Positions 23,880 to 38,030 of a stretch of 64,000 nucleotides of DNA are shown here, in pieces. The position numbers and the translations under genes are program-made. Under the pieces are notes generated by a model, which ran no database searches, was not told the origin of the DNA, and saw only the letters and a list, made by a program, of their open reading frames with translations. Origin of the DNA: Felis catus (Eukaryota); assembly GCF_018350175.1 (NCBI RefSeq), contig NC_058368.1, positions 147,128,001 to 147,192,000 of the forward strand, written 5' to 3'. Position 1 is the first letter of the stretch; every line of letters starts with the position of its first letter.

Positions 23880-26340
23880 TTGCCCACACTGGCAGATGAT
23901 GTAACAATTGACTTTGAGAATCTGAAGAAGCAACAAATAATAAAAACTAATTAAAAAGTTCTGTAAATTTGCTTAATATCATATCAAAATATAATCTGTA
24001 TCAGCAATAGTTGAAAATGTAATATAAATAATGAAAATAATGAAAATAATGTGACACATGTGGCACATGTGTAGGAAGACAGATCAATAAAAGAGTAGAA
24101 AATCAATAAATAGACCCCACTACATAAGGGAACTTTATATATGAAATAAGTGATTTTCAAATCAGTGGAGAAAAGATAGAATGTTCAACAACTGGACTGG
24201 GATAATTTGGTAGATATGTTAAGTAAGTAAATTTAGATCAATATTTTTCCTTTTATCCCAGAGTAAATTCCAGGTAAATTAAACACTTAAATGAAAAACA
24301 AACAAACAAACAAACAAACAAACCAACCACCAAAGGATCAGAGGAGACTATAAAATTAAAAATAATCTCAGAGATGAAAATGACTTTCTAATCATGGCAC
24401 TAATCTTAAAAATGTTAAAATAAAAATTTCTTTAAGATAAAAAGCAAAATAAAGTAAAATACAGATGACAACTGGAATTACTATTTTCTAATCACATCAT
24501 AGCAAAGAATAGATTAATCAAAGAAATCAGGAGATCTTACATATTAACAGACAAAACACAAACAACCCAGTAGATAAAACATGTATAAATGATTTTGTTA
24601 GTTGACTTCAGAAGAAATATATATAGATCTTACACATATGAAAAGATACCTACTGTTACTCATAATACAAATTAAATTAAATCTATATGATACTATAATT
24701 CCCACAATATTACACAGTATTCACTAAAGTGTAAAGAACTTGGCAAGCTTGCACATTCCTGGTGGGAGTATAAATGACAGTCTTTTAGGAAGGACTTTTA
24801 TGAATTTAGTGACATGAAGTGAAATGACAAATGCACATTTTCTTAAACTCAGAGATTTCATTCTAGGAATGCAGCCTACGAGTATAATCACACATAGGCA
24901 AATTGATGTGGGTACAAAGTTGTTCCCTGCAGTGCTGTATATGCAGACCACAATTTCAAACAATTTAAAATGTCTATCAACAGGGGTCTAAGTCATTTCA
25001 TTATGGAAAAGTCCAGAAAATGGAATACTCTTCAGTTGTAAAGCAAAAGAACAAGAAGGAGGGAAGAAGAGAGGAGGAGAGGGAGAGGGCGAGAAAGAGA
25101 GAAGGAGAGAGACTTTAGCATAGGATTTAAGAAATTACTGCTTGTCCAGTTTTGGTGTGGTATCAAAGAAGAATATCTGCAATTATCTGGAAATTGTATG
25201 GAAGGAGCACTAAGATGTTGGCACCATAACAGTGTGCTGCATACTTTTGTTTATACTACTGTAAAGGGCAAAGAATACATATACATATTTTCTTGTACAG
25301 GATTGTCATGTCTCTGAAAGCCAAAACAAAAACAAAAACAAAAACTGGTTAACAATGGTTTCTCTAACAGGAGGTAAACAGCTGGGTCAAAGAAGAGGGA
25401 AGAAGAATTTGGACAGTACTGTACATACTCTTTTGTGTCTTCTGAAACTTGAAATACGTGATGTCTTACCCATTCAAAATATAATTACAGTTAAAGAAAG
25501 CATATGATTGATAATAAGGTGTTATTTACAATAGGGAAAGTAATTTGAAAATATCTAGAGATTAAGTGATTCTAGAAAATATCTAGAAAGTATTAATAAA
25601 CAATATGACCTTGTAGAAAATATATTTTAACCAAAAGACATAATGGAAGACCAGTATATATTTTAATGGATGAGACAACATAATACATTTGTTCTCTTAA
25701 TTTTGTTTGTAAATTCTGTGCAGTTTTTATCAAAATCCGAAAGGATACTATTTTGTGTCATGATAAATTTATTCCAAAAATCTATACTTTTATTTTAAAT
25801 TATACAGAGGAAAATTTCCATCATACTTAAAGTAATCTTGGAAAAGATGTTAAAAAGGGGGAAATGTGCCATATATTAAGACATTGGAAAACCATTTAAT
25901 TAAAAAAATAATGTGATACTAACTTAGACACAGAAAAATACCTAACTGGCATTGGAACAGGGGTCCAGGAAGAGGCCTGGATATATATTCACACTTGAGC
26001 CAGCATTACAAGTCAGGGGGAAAGGGCATGTTGGGAAAATTGATTCTTTTATATAGAGGAAAACAAAGTGGGATTGGTATGTACTGAAGACCAAATGTGA
26101 AAAGTAACACTATTCATCTAACGGAAGAAAAGGTAGAAACATATTTTTGTGACTTCAGAGTTGAAGAAGCTGTTCTGAAGAAGACCAGAAAAGCACAAAA
26201 TGAAATGGGAGAAATGAAATTGCCTCCAAAAAAAAATTTCAAGGTTTCTATTCAACCAAGTACCTTATGGGTAAAGTTAATAGAAAAGTGACAGCTTGGG
26301 AGGAGAAATCTGTAATGTCAAAAGCCGACAGGAGATTATT
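23880..26340 (+). mobile_element. Ancient fragmented L1M (L1ME-like) relics
   Basis: gcagatgat RT-motif remnant near 23892 and ORF2 C-terminal/3' end motifs (ggtgggagtataaatg, aaatgtctatcaacaggg). A second ORF2-like tract starts near 25600. Boundaries are approximate, and the relic seems to resume after 28060. Confidence 0.6.
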
Positions 26341-26386
26341 TAGTATACTAGTTCTCAAACTTTTAGGTCTCAAACTCCTTTACTTT

Positions 26387-26516
26387 ATTTTTCTTTAATT
26401 GTTTTTATTTTGAGAGAGACAGAGAGAGAGCTGGGAAGGAGCAGAGAGAGGAAGAGAGAATCCCAAGCAGCCTCTGCACTGAGAGCTGCCTCAATTGTCG
26501 CCACCCAGATGTCCCA
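26387..26516 (-). mobile_element. Internally deleted Can-SINE nested in the Charlie element
   Basis: T-tail, gagagaatcccaagcag and gccacccagatgtccc; tccttta on both flanks. Confidence 0.75.
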
Positions 26517-26584
26517 GGATTCCTTTATTCTTAAAAATTACTGAAGGGCTCAAAGAGCAAATAAACTCACACACGGCATTTTGG

Positions 26585-26587
<3 letters not shown>

Positions 26588-26626
<39 letters not shown>

Positions 26627-26732
26627 ATAATATAGAAATGTACATAGTATATTATATATATGTGCATGTGTATATATATAGAGTATATATATATATATAA
26701 TGTAGAAATATACACAGCATATTATATATATA
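26588..26732. repeat. (TG)n followed by a (TA)-rich low-complexity tract
   Basis: Direct reading of the sequence. Confidence 0.9.
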
Positions 26733-29384
26733 CTTATTCTATTCGAAATTAAAACTGACAAATTTAAAAATACTTATTAATTTCAAAATAACAATAATAA
26801 ACTAATTACATTTTAACATAAACAATATATTTTTATAAAAAATAATTATATTGTCCCAAACCAAAAATGTATTGAAAGGTTATTTTACGTTTGTATGAAT
26901 CTCTTGAGTATCTGTCTTAAGAGAAAACAAGTAGGTTCTCATATTTGCATCTCTGTTTACTCTATTACAAAATATTTTTGGCTGAAGTATATGAAGAAAA
27001 TGCAGGCTCCAATGATATGTAATTGTAAAAGGAAGGAGTATTTTAATAATCTTTCCAGATAATATGTATATTCCTCTTTGCTACCACATCAAAACTTGAT
27101 AAGCAAAGTTTAAATTCTAGTTGTAGTGTGGAATGTGAAATCTACCAGTGAACTTTTCATATTCATAACGTTAAAATCCATAGGTTTATCTTGCACTTTG
27201 AATAGATCTTTTATCTATGCATGGTTTTGTGCCATCATGTATTGGACATTTGGGAAATATGGGCTCATTGAAATATGAAGAGTTTCTAAATGATGACACA
27301 TTTATTATATAATATCAAAATGCTACATTCATTAATAACACCACAAATTTTACCAGAAAAGTCTGTATTAGAAGCTATCAAGCTCACATTGGTGGTTATA
27401 TTTTCTGCAAAATTCTAATTTTCACTTGAAATTTCAAATTTTATCGCTAGCAACAAATATTGTCAGCTATTTCCCTTAATGTTGATGGATTATTGTGTTC
27501 ATTTTCACAGCAATACTGCCAAATATATAGATGTCAATAGTCAGTGTCTGTCAATTGTTCCTTAAAGTAAACATGATTAAAAAAAAAGGGGAGCTCAGCT
27601 TGCAAGTCACACTCTCCCAAGTGCTTTTTCTTGAGATAATCATCATACTTCACTACTCAGCAGAAGTGCTTTCTGTGTAATTTCCATTTCATTGTGCAGA
27701 ATGTTAAAGACATGGCAAGGATTGGCATTTAATAAAATTAATGATCATTAATGATTCATCAAGGACATTCTTAAATGAACTGATTAAAATTTTTTTTTTC
27801 CTTTAGCACGATGGAGATGGATACAATGACTACTTGTATAGTTTGGTGCTACTGTCTTTATTTGTGCTAAGGCACCAACAGTTTTACTCACCATTGTTTT
27901 GTGGCATCAGTGCAAATATTAACACAGTGAAAATGGCCAAGAAAGTCTTAGAATTATTATGGAACTAGTGTTGACCTGTGAACCTCCTGAATGGGCACTT
28001 GGGGACCCCTGACTCCACAAGGAATATGTGACTTTCACATTCAACTGAGAAGTACTGATCTAAAATAATGGTTTTTACCAACACATACACACACATGATG
28101 AAGAAGTCAATAGAAAATGGAGCAAAGGATATTGCAAGGCAATTCAGAGAAAATAAAATACCAATAGTTAAACTCTCACTCTTAATTAAACAAATGCAAA
28201 TAAAAAAAAGATAGTAATTTATAGCCGACAGAATGACAAAACAAAAATGTTAGGTAATATCAAGTATTGGTGAAGTATTCCTCTGCTGATAGTGAAGGTA
28301 CAAACTGGGATAGTTATTTCAATCTGTTCGTTGTTAGCAAAATTAAGCAATCTATTTCTGAGTATTATTTCCTGAAAAAATTGTTGCCTAAGTGCTCAGT
28401 GAGAAATGCACACACCTATTTATTGTAGAATTTTTTTTTTATCTTAGCAAAGAAGGCAGCTTAAGTGAATACCCCTAGAAGTGTAAGAGATTTAAAATTT
28501 AAAACGTATGTGTGTGTGCATGCAAGTGTGTGTGTGTACTCTTGCACACACATACACAGGCATACCTTCTAAGAGTCAGAAGTGAACTGGATTTACCCAT
28601 GGCTATCTAAAAAAACATAAGAATGTGGGAAGAACAATGAAGTATACACAATATCACTTATGCAAATTTAAAAACACACATATACACCATAATATCATGC
28701 ACTGTCCAATAATTCACTTGTCTAAGTCAACATAGGAAGGGAGAAATGACAGTTACACATCAGCTCTACCAGGCTGGGTTTCTATAAGGGAAGAAGAATG
28801 GTAAGGAAAGGGCAGAATGGGTAACAATGCTAACAGATTCATCCTCAAATCAGTGCTGGCAAATGATATCCTAAGTGGGGAAAGGAATCATTGTTTCCTC
28901 CCATTTACTCTTTTCTCAAGGAAAATGACTACATATGGGCATCTGATGTAATAGGACTGCATATATACAAAAGTATTGTCTGAGACTTACTGCCTAGTAT
29001 AAAATAGAGTACATACGCATTTCAAACATATTTATTATACAGTAACATACTTAAAATTATTTATGGTTGTAATTTAGGCAAAAGCTAGTATTAAGTAAGC
29101 AATTGGCTTTTAGGGTAGCTTTATGAATAGCTAATTGTTTTTCTCTACCTCAAGCTTGTTACCAGAAGTTGTGATATACTTACATAGTACATTCAAGTGT
29201 GGGTCTGACTAGTGGCTGGAATCACTACAAAACAATAATCCAAACATAAAATGCAAACTAATACAGTTTGCAAAAGGGAATTACTTTCTAATTTTATTTA
29301 ATTGAAAAAGAAGCATTCGGTTTTTTCAATGTTGTAATGGTTGGGAAGCGTAGGAGAATTTCTTCTTAAACTTTAGGAAGCATT

Positions 29385-29739
29385 TGCCAAGGTAAACTGA
29401 GGCATATTAAAAATTTTAAGAGTTTATTTGAACGAAAATCAACGCAAATAGGGGAGCACCAATCCAGAAGTGGTTAGGAGTGGTCTGTCAACAAGTGTTA
29501 GAGGAAAGACTTTTATGGGGAAGAAGTGGAAACAAAGCAAGGAAATTATTTGATTGTCAAGAGCTCAACAAGCTGCATTATTTGGGAAAGGCTACCTAGC
29601 TGTTTATGACTGGTTGTCTTTAGGTTTCGATTTCTTAACCTTGAGGCATTTCAGGCTTAGGTTCTGGTTTGCTTATGTAGGCTTCTAAGACAAAAAAGCC
29701 AACTCAATTTAATGGTCTCCTTATTTAATTAATTTAAGA
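29385..29739 (-). mobile_element. Older carnivore ERV1-type solo LTR (CarLTR-like)
   Basis: Minus strand begins t(c)ttaaattaattaaataaggagaccatt, carries CCAG/CAAT-type boxes, ataaaag and aataaactcttaaa, and ends ...ttggca. No clear TSD. Confidence 0.65.
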
Positions 29740-29798
29740 TCAATCAGCAAGAAAAATAAATGTCTGATTCATAGCTTATTCTTAGGAAAATCACGTTA

Positions 29799-30011
29799 GG
29801 GGCACATGCATGGCTCAGTCAGTTAAGCGTCTGATTTCCCCTGGGGTCATGATCTCGTGGTCTGTGGGTTGCAGCCCTGCATTGGGCTTTGGGCTGACAG
29901 CTCAGAGCCTGGAGCCTGCTTCAGATTCTGTGTCCCCCTCACCCCCTGCCCATTCCCTCCTCATGCTCTGTCTCTCAAAAATAGATAAACGTTAAAAAAA
30001 TTTTTTTAAAA
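29799..30011 (+). mobile_element. Can-SINE
   Basis: TSD aggaaaatca(c/t)gtta at 29784-29798 and 30012-30026. Confidence 0.94.
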
Positions 30012-30134
30012 AGGAAAATCATGTTAAAAATCAAACACTTAGTGGTCATTTACTTCATGATTATTGAGGCACATATACACAAGCAGTAGTTTGTGAGTTG
30101 CTACATAAAATGCAGACTTAAAGATTAAATAGCA

Positions 30135-30310
30135 TATTATAGAAATATATTTGTAATATATATACATGTTATATATGTAATATATGTAAATAAATATAAC
30201 ATGTATATAATATATTATATATAAAATATTACATATTATTACATATATTATATATTATAGAAATATAAGACATTGAATAATAATATTTTATAGAAATCAT
30301 TATATATACA
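30135..30310. repeat. AT-rich low-complexity (TA-derived) tract
   Basis: Direct reading of the sequence. Confidence 0.85.
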
Positions 30311-31261
30311 CCATTGTTTTCATAAATTGCATAAAATAAGGCACTTTGTTTAAATTAATGACTAAGTGAAGAGAAATTTTGAAATACTTTTCTTTTTTAA
30401 TGAGGGTTATAGATTACCATATAAATAATAAAAGCATCAGGTAAAAGATTAATTAATAAAAGGATCTGCTAGATAGGATGAGACTTGTATACATTCCATC
30501 ATTAGAATTGCTAAAAATATAACGTGAAGAATTTGCTGTTAGTGTATATTAGATGCATACATTCGGCTTAAACTAAAAGAAAAACACATTTCCTTTTTTT
30601 GTGTGTGTGTGTGTGGCTTCTTATTTATTTAGTTACCAAAATAAAAATGAAGGGCAATCAACAGATCAAGCTACATAATCCTGAAATTTGCAATGCGGTT
30701 TTGGTGAAGACAGAAGAGCCCACCAAACATGCCATCTGGTCCCCAACATAAGGAAAAAGCATCCTGAATGCTGAGGCCGCTACTGCAAGGATAGTGCCTC
30801 ATCCCACAGCAGCTTTTGCATGAGCAACTGTTGTGTTAAACCACTAAGATTCAGGATTTATGCAAAGAAGAACACATTTCTTAAATACAGAACCATCACC
30901 CTATAACCATCTTTCAATTACAAGAAATGAGTATTTCACTTGAACATCAGAGGTCCTTTTATTGAGTTAAAAACATTATTTTTCACATGATTATTATCAA
31001 GAAAATGTGTAATTGGAAAAATTAGAGCACCTAAAAATTGTAAATTGTCATATTCATAATACTTTCATCTTAACGGAGATTTTATTTTCTGTACTAGCAT
31101 TCCTCCCCTGGTGGTAATGCAAAAAAAAAAAAAACAAAACAAAAAAAAAAAACAAAAAAAAACCAAAAACAAAAAAACAAACCATATATTCAATTAGCGC
31201 TTTTTCCTAACGCTAAGTATCTGGACGTATGTAAGTACAGGTATTTATTTGAAACTTCCAG

Positions 31262-31455
31262 GGGGCACCTGGGTGGCTCAGTGGGTTCAGAGTCTGACTT
31301 TGCCTCAGGTCATCATCTCGCAGTTCATGAGTTCAATTTCCACATCAGGCTTGCTGCTGTCAGCACAGAGCCCATTCTGGATCCTCTGACCCCCTCTCTT
31401 CGCCCCTGCCCTGCTTGGGTGTTCTCTCTCTCAAAAATACATAAATTAAAAAAAA
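31262..31455 (+). mobile_element. Can-SINE
   Basis: Head ggggcacctgggtggctcagtggg and A-tail; flanks gaaacttccag / gaaatgtccag. Confidence 0.92.
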
Positions 31456-32199
31456 GAAATGTCCAGATAATGATTTTTCACTGATAGTATTTAAACTTTT
31501 ATACTTCTAAATGAGATTTTTTTTCTAGCCACAATATTGTTCATAATCAACCTCACTGAACCATGTTCTCATAGTTCACAGTAAAGACAACCCTCCTAGA
31601 AGAGCTTTTGGATGGGAACTTGGAATATAAGTTAGTCTCAGGCACAAAGAAGATATAACCATATCTGGGTGATAGCAGAAAGGACTTGAGCCTCCCAGGC
31701 AGTTTTAAATATTTGGATTGTAAAGACTGTCCCTGCAGGGATCAAAACAAAACAAAACAAAACAAAACAAAAAACAAAACACAGGAACATTATCACTAGA
31801 AGCTTCTAGTTAAAAATGACAAGGAATTGGAGCTCCCTGTTCTTTCACATTTTCTCATTAATGTATTCTATTGAATGCATCTTTAACATCTTCTGTGGAG
31901 ACCTCCTGGTAGGAAGTATCATGAATGCACCTCAGGAGGAAGGCTTCTGAGGTATTTCCCCATGAGGGGAGCAACTCAGACCCAACAGGGCAGAGTTTAT
32001 AGTTTGACATGGCTGGTCCCAGTTCTATAAGAGATTTCTCTGACACAACCTCATTTTTATCACCAACAACCCAATCAACTGACATTCTTCATCCCCACCA
32101 TTAAACACGCTCACTATTGTACACATCCTGGCACTTTGGGCTGCTCTCCGTCAGGCCCACCGCCTTCATTCTTGCCAGCTGAACTGTCCACCAACCATG

Positions 32200-32560
32200 A
32201 GTCAGTGGTGTTTGTTCTCCAACTTGTTTTTTTCAAGTTGTGCTTGTTATTTTAACTATGTAATTTAATTAAAAATAATTGCCAAAATGGAACTGGGAAA
32301 GGAGAGGGTTTTTTTTGCCCATGAAAACATGAAAAAGCTTTGAAAAACCAAGGAAAGGCAAATTACTGAAAACAAGGGATAATACTGAGGAAAATCATTA
32401 ATAGTACGTTTACCTAAGGTATTAATATCTAGGTTTTTATTCTTGAATAACTGGTTATTCTTATTTAAACAAAGAAACAAAACAAACAAAGAAAATCGGA
32501 AGTACCAATGATGCTTTACAGGTGGGGTTCATCCAAGAAACAGAATTTAAATGGTTTTTT
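32200..32560 (+). mobile_element. Possible ancient Tigger (TcMar) fragment
   Basis: atgatgctttacaggtggggttcatccaagaaa resembles the D-D-A-L-x-x-W-F-x-Q CENP-B HTH coding segment of Tigger elements. Highly decayed. Confidence 0.35.
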
Positions 32561-35500
32561 TAATCAATTTTTATTAGCTAACCAAATATTTAATTCTGAA
32601 GCTCCAAGTAAGTGGTTTTCTCAACTGTCCTTCATTATTCTGAATGCTGGCCAGCCTTTGACCTATGTTCAATTAATTTAACCATCTTCTTTGAAAAGAG
32701 ATGGGGGAAAAACACATGTGAATAGACACAAAACTATAATCTCTTTCTGACTCCTTGCACCTGGTAAAGCTTCCAATCAAACTGAAACACCTAATTCACT
32801 AAACAGCATGCAACAGAAGCAATACACCATCATGGATGTAATCGGTTGGCTGTTCCAAGAGTCCTGGCCTAGAATCACAGTTTCCTCTGTATTTCCAGCT
32901 GTTTCTAAAGGGCTTTCACTATAGTGTACTCATCTTTCTTGGTACTTGCTGTGACTAGACTTTCTTCATATGCTCTGACATTCATAGCTTCACATTCAAA
33001 AGTGAACTGAACTGTGGCTATTTCGTTTAAAGACTTCAGCCATATATTAAGTTCAACAGAATAGTATATATAAAGGGAGTGTAAAACCCTCAGAAGTAGA
33101 GTTTTAAGGTCTGAAGGATTGATTTTAATTCATATGCTCTGAATTTTAGATTTTTGTCTTTAGATTTTTGCCATGTTACTTTGCATGGCTAAGGCAAAAA
33201 TTAAAGGAGTCTTTGTTTATAAAAAGCCCATCATTCTGAAGAGTTTCAGTAAAATTATGGAAGGGAGGGAGGGAGGAAGGGAGGGAAGGAGGAGAAAAAC
33301 AGAGAAACCACGAATGATGTTAGAGAAGAAAAAAGAGGAAAAAAAGAGAAAATGATGTCAGTTCATAAGTAGGAATGCTAGCACCAATAAAAGTACAATA
33401 GAAATAATGAAAATACGGTCACTTTGCTAATCTATATTTTTCAAAGAATCATGAGGTGCTACCAAAAAGAAAAAAAAAAGTCCTTGATGCATAAGCACAG
33501 GGGCACAGTGAGTATGCTATAAAGGGAGAGGGGAGGAAGAGGCTGAGGGCAAGACTGGACCTTCTTAAATTCCTGTAGGTGGCAATAGCTCTTACGTGGG
33601 AGGAATTTCCATTGGGTTCACATGAATGCTCTTCTGTACTTCAACCATCTCACTGAGTGGACTTCAAAATGAATGTGACTCAGGACAATGCTGAGTGAAT
33701 CAATATGACAACAATATAAATATAAACAAAAATAAAAATAAAAATGGGATACCCAATTACTTTAAGGATAGTCTTATCTAAAACTGTCAGGTCCCTGATG
33801 CCAGCATTCCTATCCAGGTCAGTGAAGGATTAGCAGGCAGACAAGAATGCCTTACCTGCCCCCTCCAAAGCCCTACACGTGTCCTCTAAACTCTAATTTT
33901 TCTTAATTCATTGTATTATTGTAGCATGCAAATAACAACAATGTCAACGGAAGAATCTCCAAGTTTTGCTATGGGAACACTTTTCCATTTATGAAGATAT
34001 TATTGGTAGTGACAGCAAGTGTCCTGAAATTTTAAAAGCTGACATGGGATCAATGAAACATCAAGACAAAACCAAATATCACATAATAAAAGCTTAAAAA
34101 GTACTTGTGGGAAGCAGAATACCATGATAATCTTCAATTTTATGTACTGAAGAAAAAAGTCTACAAAGCAAACATATGCTGTAGCACAAAAGATGGCAAG
34201 TTTTCCAGGATATTATTTTCTAGCATTGTGCAATATGAATTAATTAACCAAAAAAAAAAGCAATAAGAGGGCTAAATGGAGAGACTGGAAAGCTCTGGGA
34301 CACAGATGCAGTAGCTATTATCAAGTAATGACTTAGCTTTTATATTCTTTGTGTTCTTCTGGCTTTTCTTTGTCTCAATAAGCACAATATTAAATCTGTG
34401 TTTCAAAATTAAATTAAATAAATATATTTCAGGAGTTAAATTGCATTGTCCTATTGGAATACAACAGCATATGCTTTGAACAGTAACAAAATGGACTTAC
34501 ATTTCATGGCTTTCTTTGAGAACTTAACTTCATGATTCAAAATTTTGTATAAATAGACAAATTAAACAGTGGTTGGTTGTTTCTCCATATGATTAAATTG
34601 TTACTCTAGACCTGAAGGTAGCTGTTAAAGTGGGCTAACCAGATTATCTAATTGCAGACATGCTGAAAGTAAGTTTTTAATGTGAATTCAAAATCAGACA
34701 CACACTAGCAGTAATCCAGGCTCTCTTAAAATGTCACCGGATACAAAAGATTCATTGAAGTCTATAGTGAAATCACCCTAGAGGAAGCAATCAATATGTT
34801 TTCATTCTTCCACTTGTTTATGTATTTATATAGTGAGGATCAAGTTGTAATTTGCATTATATTTCTATGGGAGTTATGGGTAATAAACTTAAATATCTAA
34901 TTATTTTTTAATAATATATGGAAGGTAGAATGCACTAAACTGTTTTTAGCATTTTGAATACTTTGATGAACAGACAAATTCTGAAATATTTGAGGTCAAC
35001 CTTTGTAACCAGAATTTCTTCACCCACGCAATGGTAATGAGGTGTTATCTAACGCACAGGGTTGTCTGAGTATTAAAGATGATGTTATCCCTTATGCATC
35101 TAGCATCCTTAAGCATTTGATGATTGTTTGCACTCCTTACTATTTTTTCCAGGAAGAGGAAAATTGAATTTTCATTTACAAATGTGGAAAAACATTAAAA
35201 GGACAAAATGATTCTTTAAGTCACATTGATTAGGCACATTAGATTCTATTTCTTTAATTTTACTTTTTAAGGTCCTTTTATGCACATGATGCACTGTTTC
35301 ATTTGTACTTTATATTCGCCTTAAGAACTAAATTGGACAATTCTAGTCTTCTGGATGGGCCAACAGGGAAAGATGATGGGGGAATTTTGGTCATCTCTGC
35401 TCCCTCAGAAGTAAGGAGAAGAATACACAAAGAATAAAAACCACCACAGAAAAAATTCTACTCCCCACACAGCAATAGCAACTTCTTAATAACATGGAAA

Positions 35501-36474
35501 AATAACATTTTTACATGTTTTCAAAGAAACACAGTTTCGCCACTAGCAATACTGTAGAGCAAAACATTAAATGCATGAGGAAGAAAATAGACTATTTCTC
35601 ATTATTTTATTTTATTTTATTTTATATTTTTATACCTCATTATTTTAAAATGAACGTTTTGCTGAACAAATGTTAGTAATTAGGAAATCTTTTAAAAATA
35701 TATGGATTGTATCATTTGTAACGAATGAAATTGCACTTTTTTTGTAGCTTGAACTATAGATTTTTTCCTTTGTTAAATCACTTCACCATTTTCAAACTTT
35801 AAGTGGCATTTCCCTTCTACCAAATTAAAACAGGTACGTTTTTCACTTTGGCAGGAACAAATTTCTATGAGGTCATTGCAGCTTATTTTTCCAGCTGTAT
35901 TTCTGATAATTATCACATGTGTATTTATGCCTCTATATAATCATTAAACAGATTTAATTCATCCATTATTTCTCGCATGTCTGTAATCTCCAAACATAAT
36001 GACATATACAGCGGGAAATGTAAGGACAGAAAAGATTTTTGCACCTGTCACATGTAATTGAAAGAGTAAGACATACAAACAACTAACTGCAAAACAAAGC
36101 AGAATAATCATAAATGATGAAGGGACAAATGCCTTGGCATGGACATTAAGAGAATATCAATTAATACTGGAAATAGGAAACCAAGGCTTAGAGATGTCAA
36201 GTGGCCTGCCCAACCTCACATACCAGGACTGAAAGGTCATCTCAGACTCAAGAGACAGGAAGAGAGGTAGTGCACACGGTAAAGCATCCACTATGCTTGG
36301 GGATAGTGAGAGGTCTTGTGAGGCTGGACAAAAAGGTAATCCTTGCACTATGCCTATCCACCTAAAAGGCCTCTTTCATTTACCATAGCAATCTGAAAAC
36401 TTATCTGCTCTGTAACTCTCATTTTAAATGAATTTCTTTGCATTTATACGTAACATTTAAATATTATGATCACA

Positions 36475-36716
36475 GGGGCGCCTGGGTGGCGCAGTCGGTT
36501 AAGCGTCCGACTTCAGCCAGGTCACGATCTCACGGTCCGTGAGTTCGAGCCCCGCGTCAGGCTCTGGGCTGATGGCTCAGAGCCTGGAGCCAGTTTCCGA
36601 TTCTGTGTCTCCCTCTCTCTCTGCCCCTCTCCCGTTCATGCTCTGTCTCTCTCTGTCCCAAAAATAAATAAAAACGTTGAAAAAAAATTAAAAAAAAATA
36701 AATAAAAATAAATAAA
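36475..36716 (+). mobile_element. Young SINEC_Fc-type Can-SINE
   Basis: TSD tatgatcaca at 36465-36474 and 36717-36726; CpG-rich. Confidence 0.96.
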
Positions 36717-36777
36717 TATGATCACACCATTAATATATTCTGCTTGGATCAAATACTGAACATGTTATTTGCAGACT

Positions 36778-37135
36778 TGTATTAGGTATGATTTGGTTCA
36801 GTTGTGAGTGACAAAAGCCCAAACAGTAGCTTAAGTAAGAAAGAAGTTGGCTTCTCCCTTGTGTAAACATGTGACTAGGCATAAGGGGCCGATACATCAG
36901 GGTCCCAGGAACCTTTTAAATTATTGCCATTGTATGTAACCTTGATCTTATTGTCCAAGATGGCACAATCTGAGTTCTCAGCACCAAAATGGAGAAAGGG
37001 ATAAAGAGAGCATGTGTGTGCTGTATCTTAAGGAAGTTCCCAGAAACACCATGTGACACTTGCTTATACGCATGTGGCCATTTGTGAGTCACATGGCCAT
37101 AGCTAGAGGAATGGGAGGTTGGGAAATATAGCCTA
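36778..37135 (-). mobile_element. MLT1-type (ERVL-MaLR) LTR relic
   Basis: tgtattag start, tccaagatggc, gagtcacatggcca and ggttgggaaatatag motifs are typical of old MLT1 LTRs. Confidence 0.65.
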
Positions 37136-37494
37136 AAAGAGCATATTTTTATACAGAATATACAGGATCTTAGATAGCATCAAACTATCTGAGGTAAAAA
37201 TTACTTAGCCACTAATCCTCTTGCTATGGAAACAGATGAAGAAGACATTGGGAGACTGTTTAAAGTCATGGCTACACCTCTCAAATATTTGTTAAATATG
37301 TGAGAGTCTACATTTATTAGTCACTTGTGGTAGAGCCACCATGTAACTAAGCATCCATCATATAATCCTTACAACAATCCTAAGAGGCTGCTTTATTTTC
37401 ATTGTCACTAAGTATTCAAAGTGACAGTGGCCAGTTGAATCGAGAATTGCTGATCTTGAAAACCATATTGCTTACCATACAATATAACTGCTTA

Positions 37495-38030
37495 TGCAAT
37501 CTAAGTGACCATTGAGAGATTAATGGATAAAGGAGGTGTGGTATACAAATACAATGGAATACTACTTGGCCAAAAAAAGAATGAGATCTTGTCATTTGCA
37601 ACAACATTGATGGACCTAGAGGGTATTATGCCAAGTGATAAGTCAGTCAGAGAAAGACAAACACCATATAATTTCACTCATAGATAATATCTGAAAAACA
37701 AAACAAATAAATACATAAAATCAGATTCATAAATACAGAAAACAAACTGACAGTTACTAGAGGGGAGTGGGTAAGGGAATGGGTAAAATAGATGAAGGAG
37801 ATTAAGAGGCACAAACTTCCAGTTATAAAATAAATAAGTCATGGAGATAAAAAGTACAGCGAATATAGTCAGTAATATTGTAATAACGTCATATGGTGAC
37901 AGACGGTGGCTACCCTTATCATGGTGAACACTGTGTAATGCATGGAACTGTTCAAATCACTATGCTGTGCATCTAAACCTACTACTGCATGGTAGGTCAA
38001 CCATACTTAAGTAATAAAAACTTTTAAAAA
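37495..38030 (+). mobile_element. 5'-truncated older carnivore L1 3' end (L1_Carn/L1MA9-like)
   Basis: ORF2 C-terminal remnant (tacaatggaatactac...gcaacaacattgatggacctagaggg) and 3' UTR ttccagttataaaataaataagtcatgg. Confidence 0.88.

Larger units (their letters stand above)
26345..28057. mobile_element. Charlie1a-like non-autonomous hAT DNA transposon, interrupted by a SINE and microsatellites
   Basis: Left end gttctcaaacttttaggtctca and right end ...ggggacccctg...tgagaagtactg are degenerate TIRs. The internal sequence (gaaattaaaactga, gaagtatatgaagaaaat, ggaggagtattttaata-like) matches the recalled Charlie1a consensus. Confidence 0.8.
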
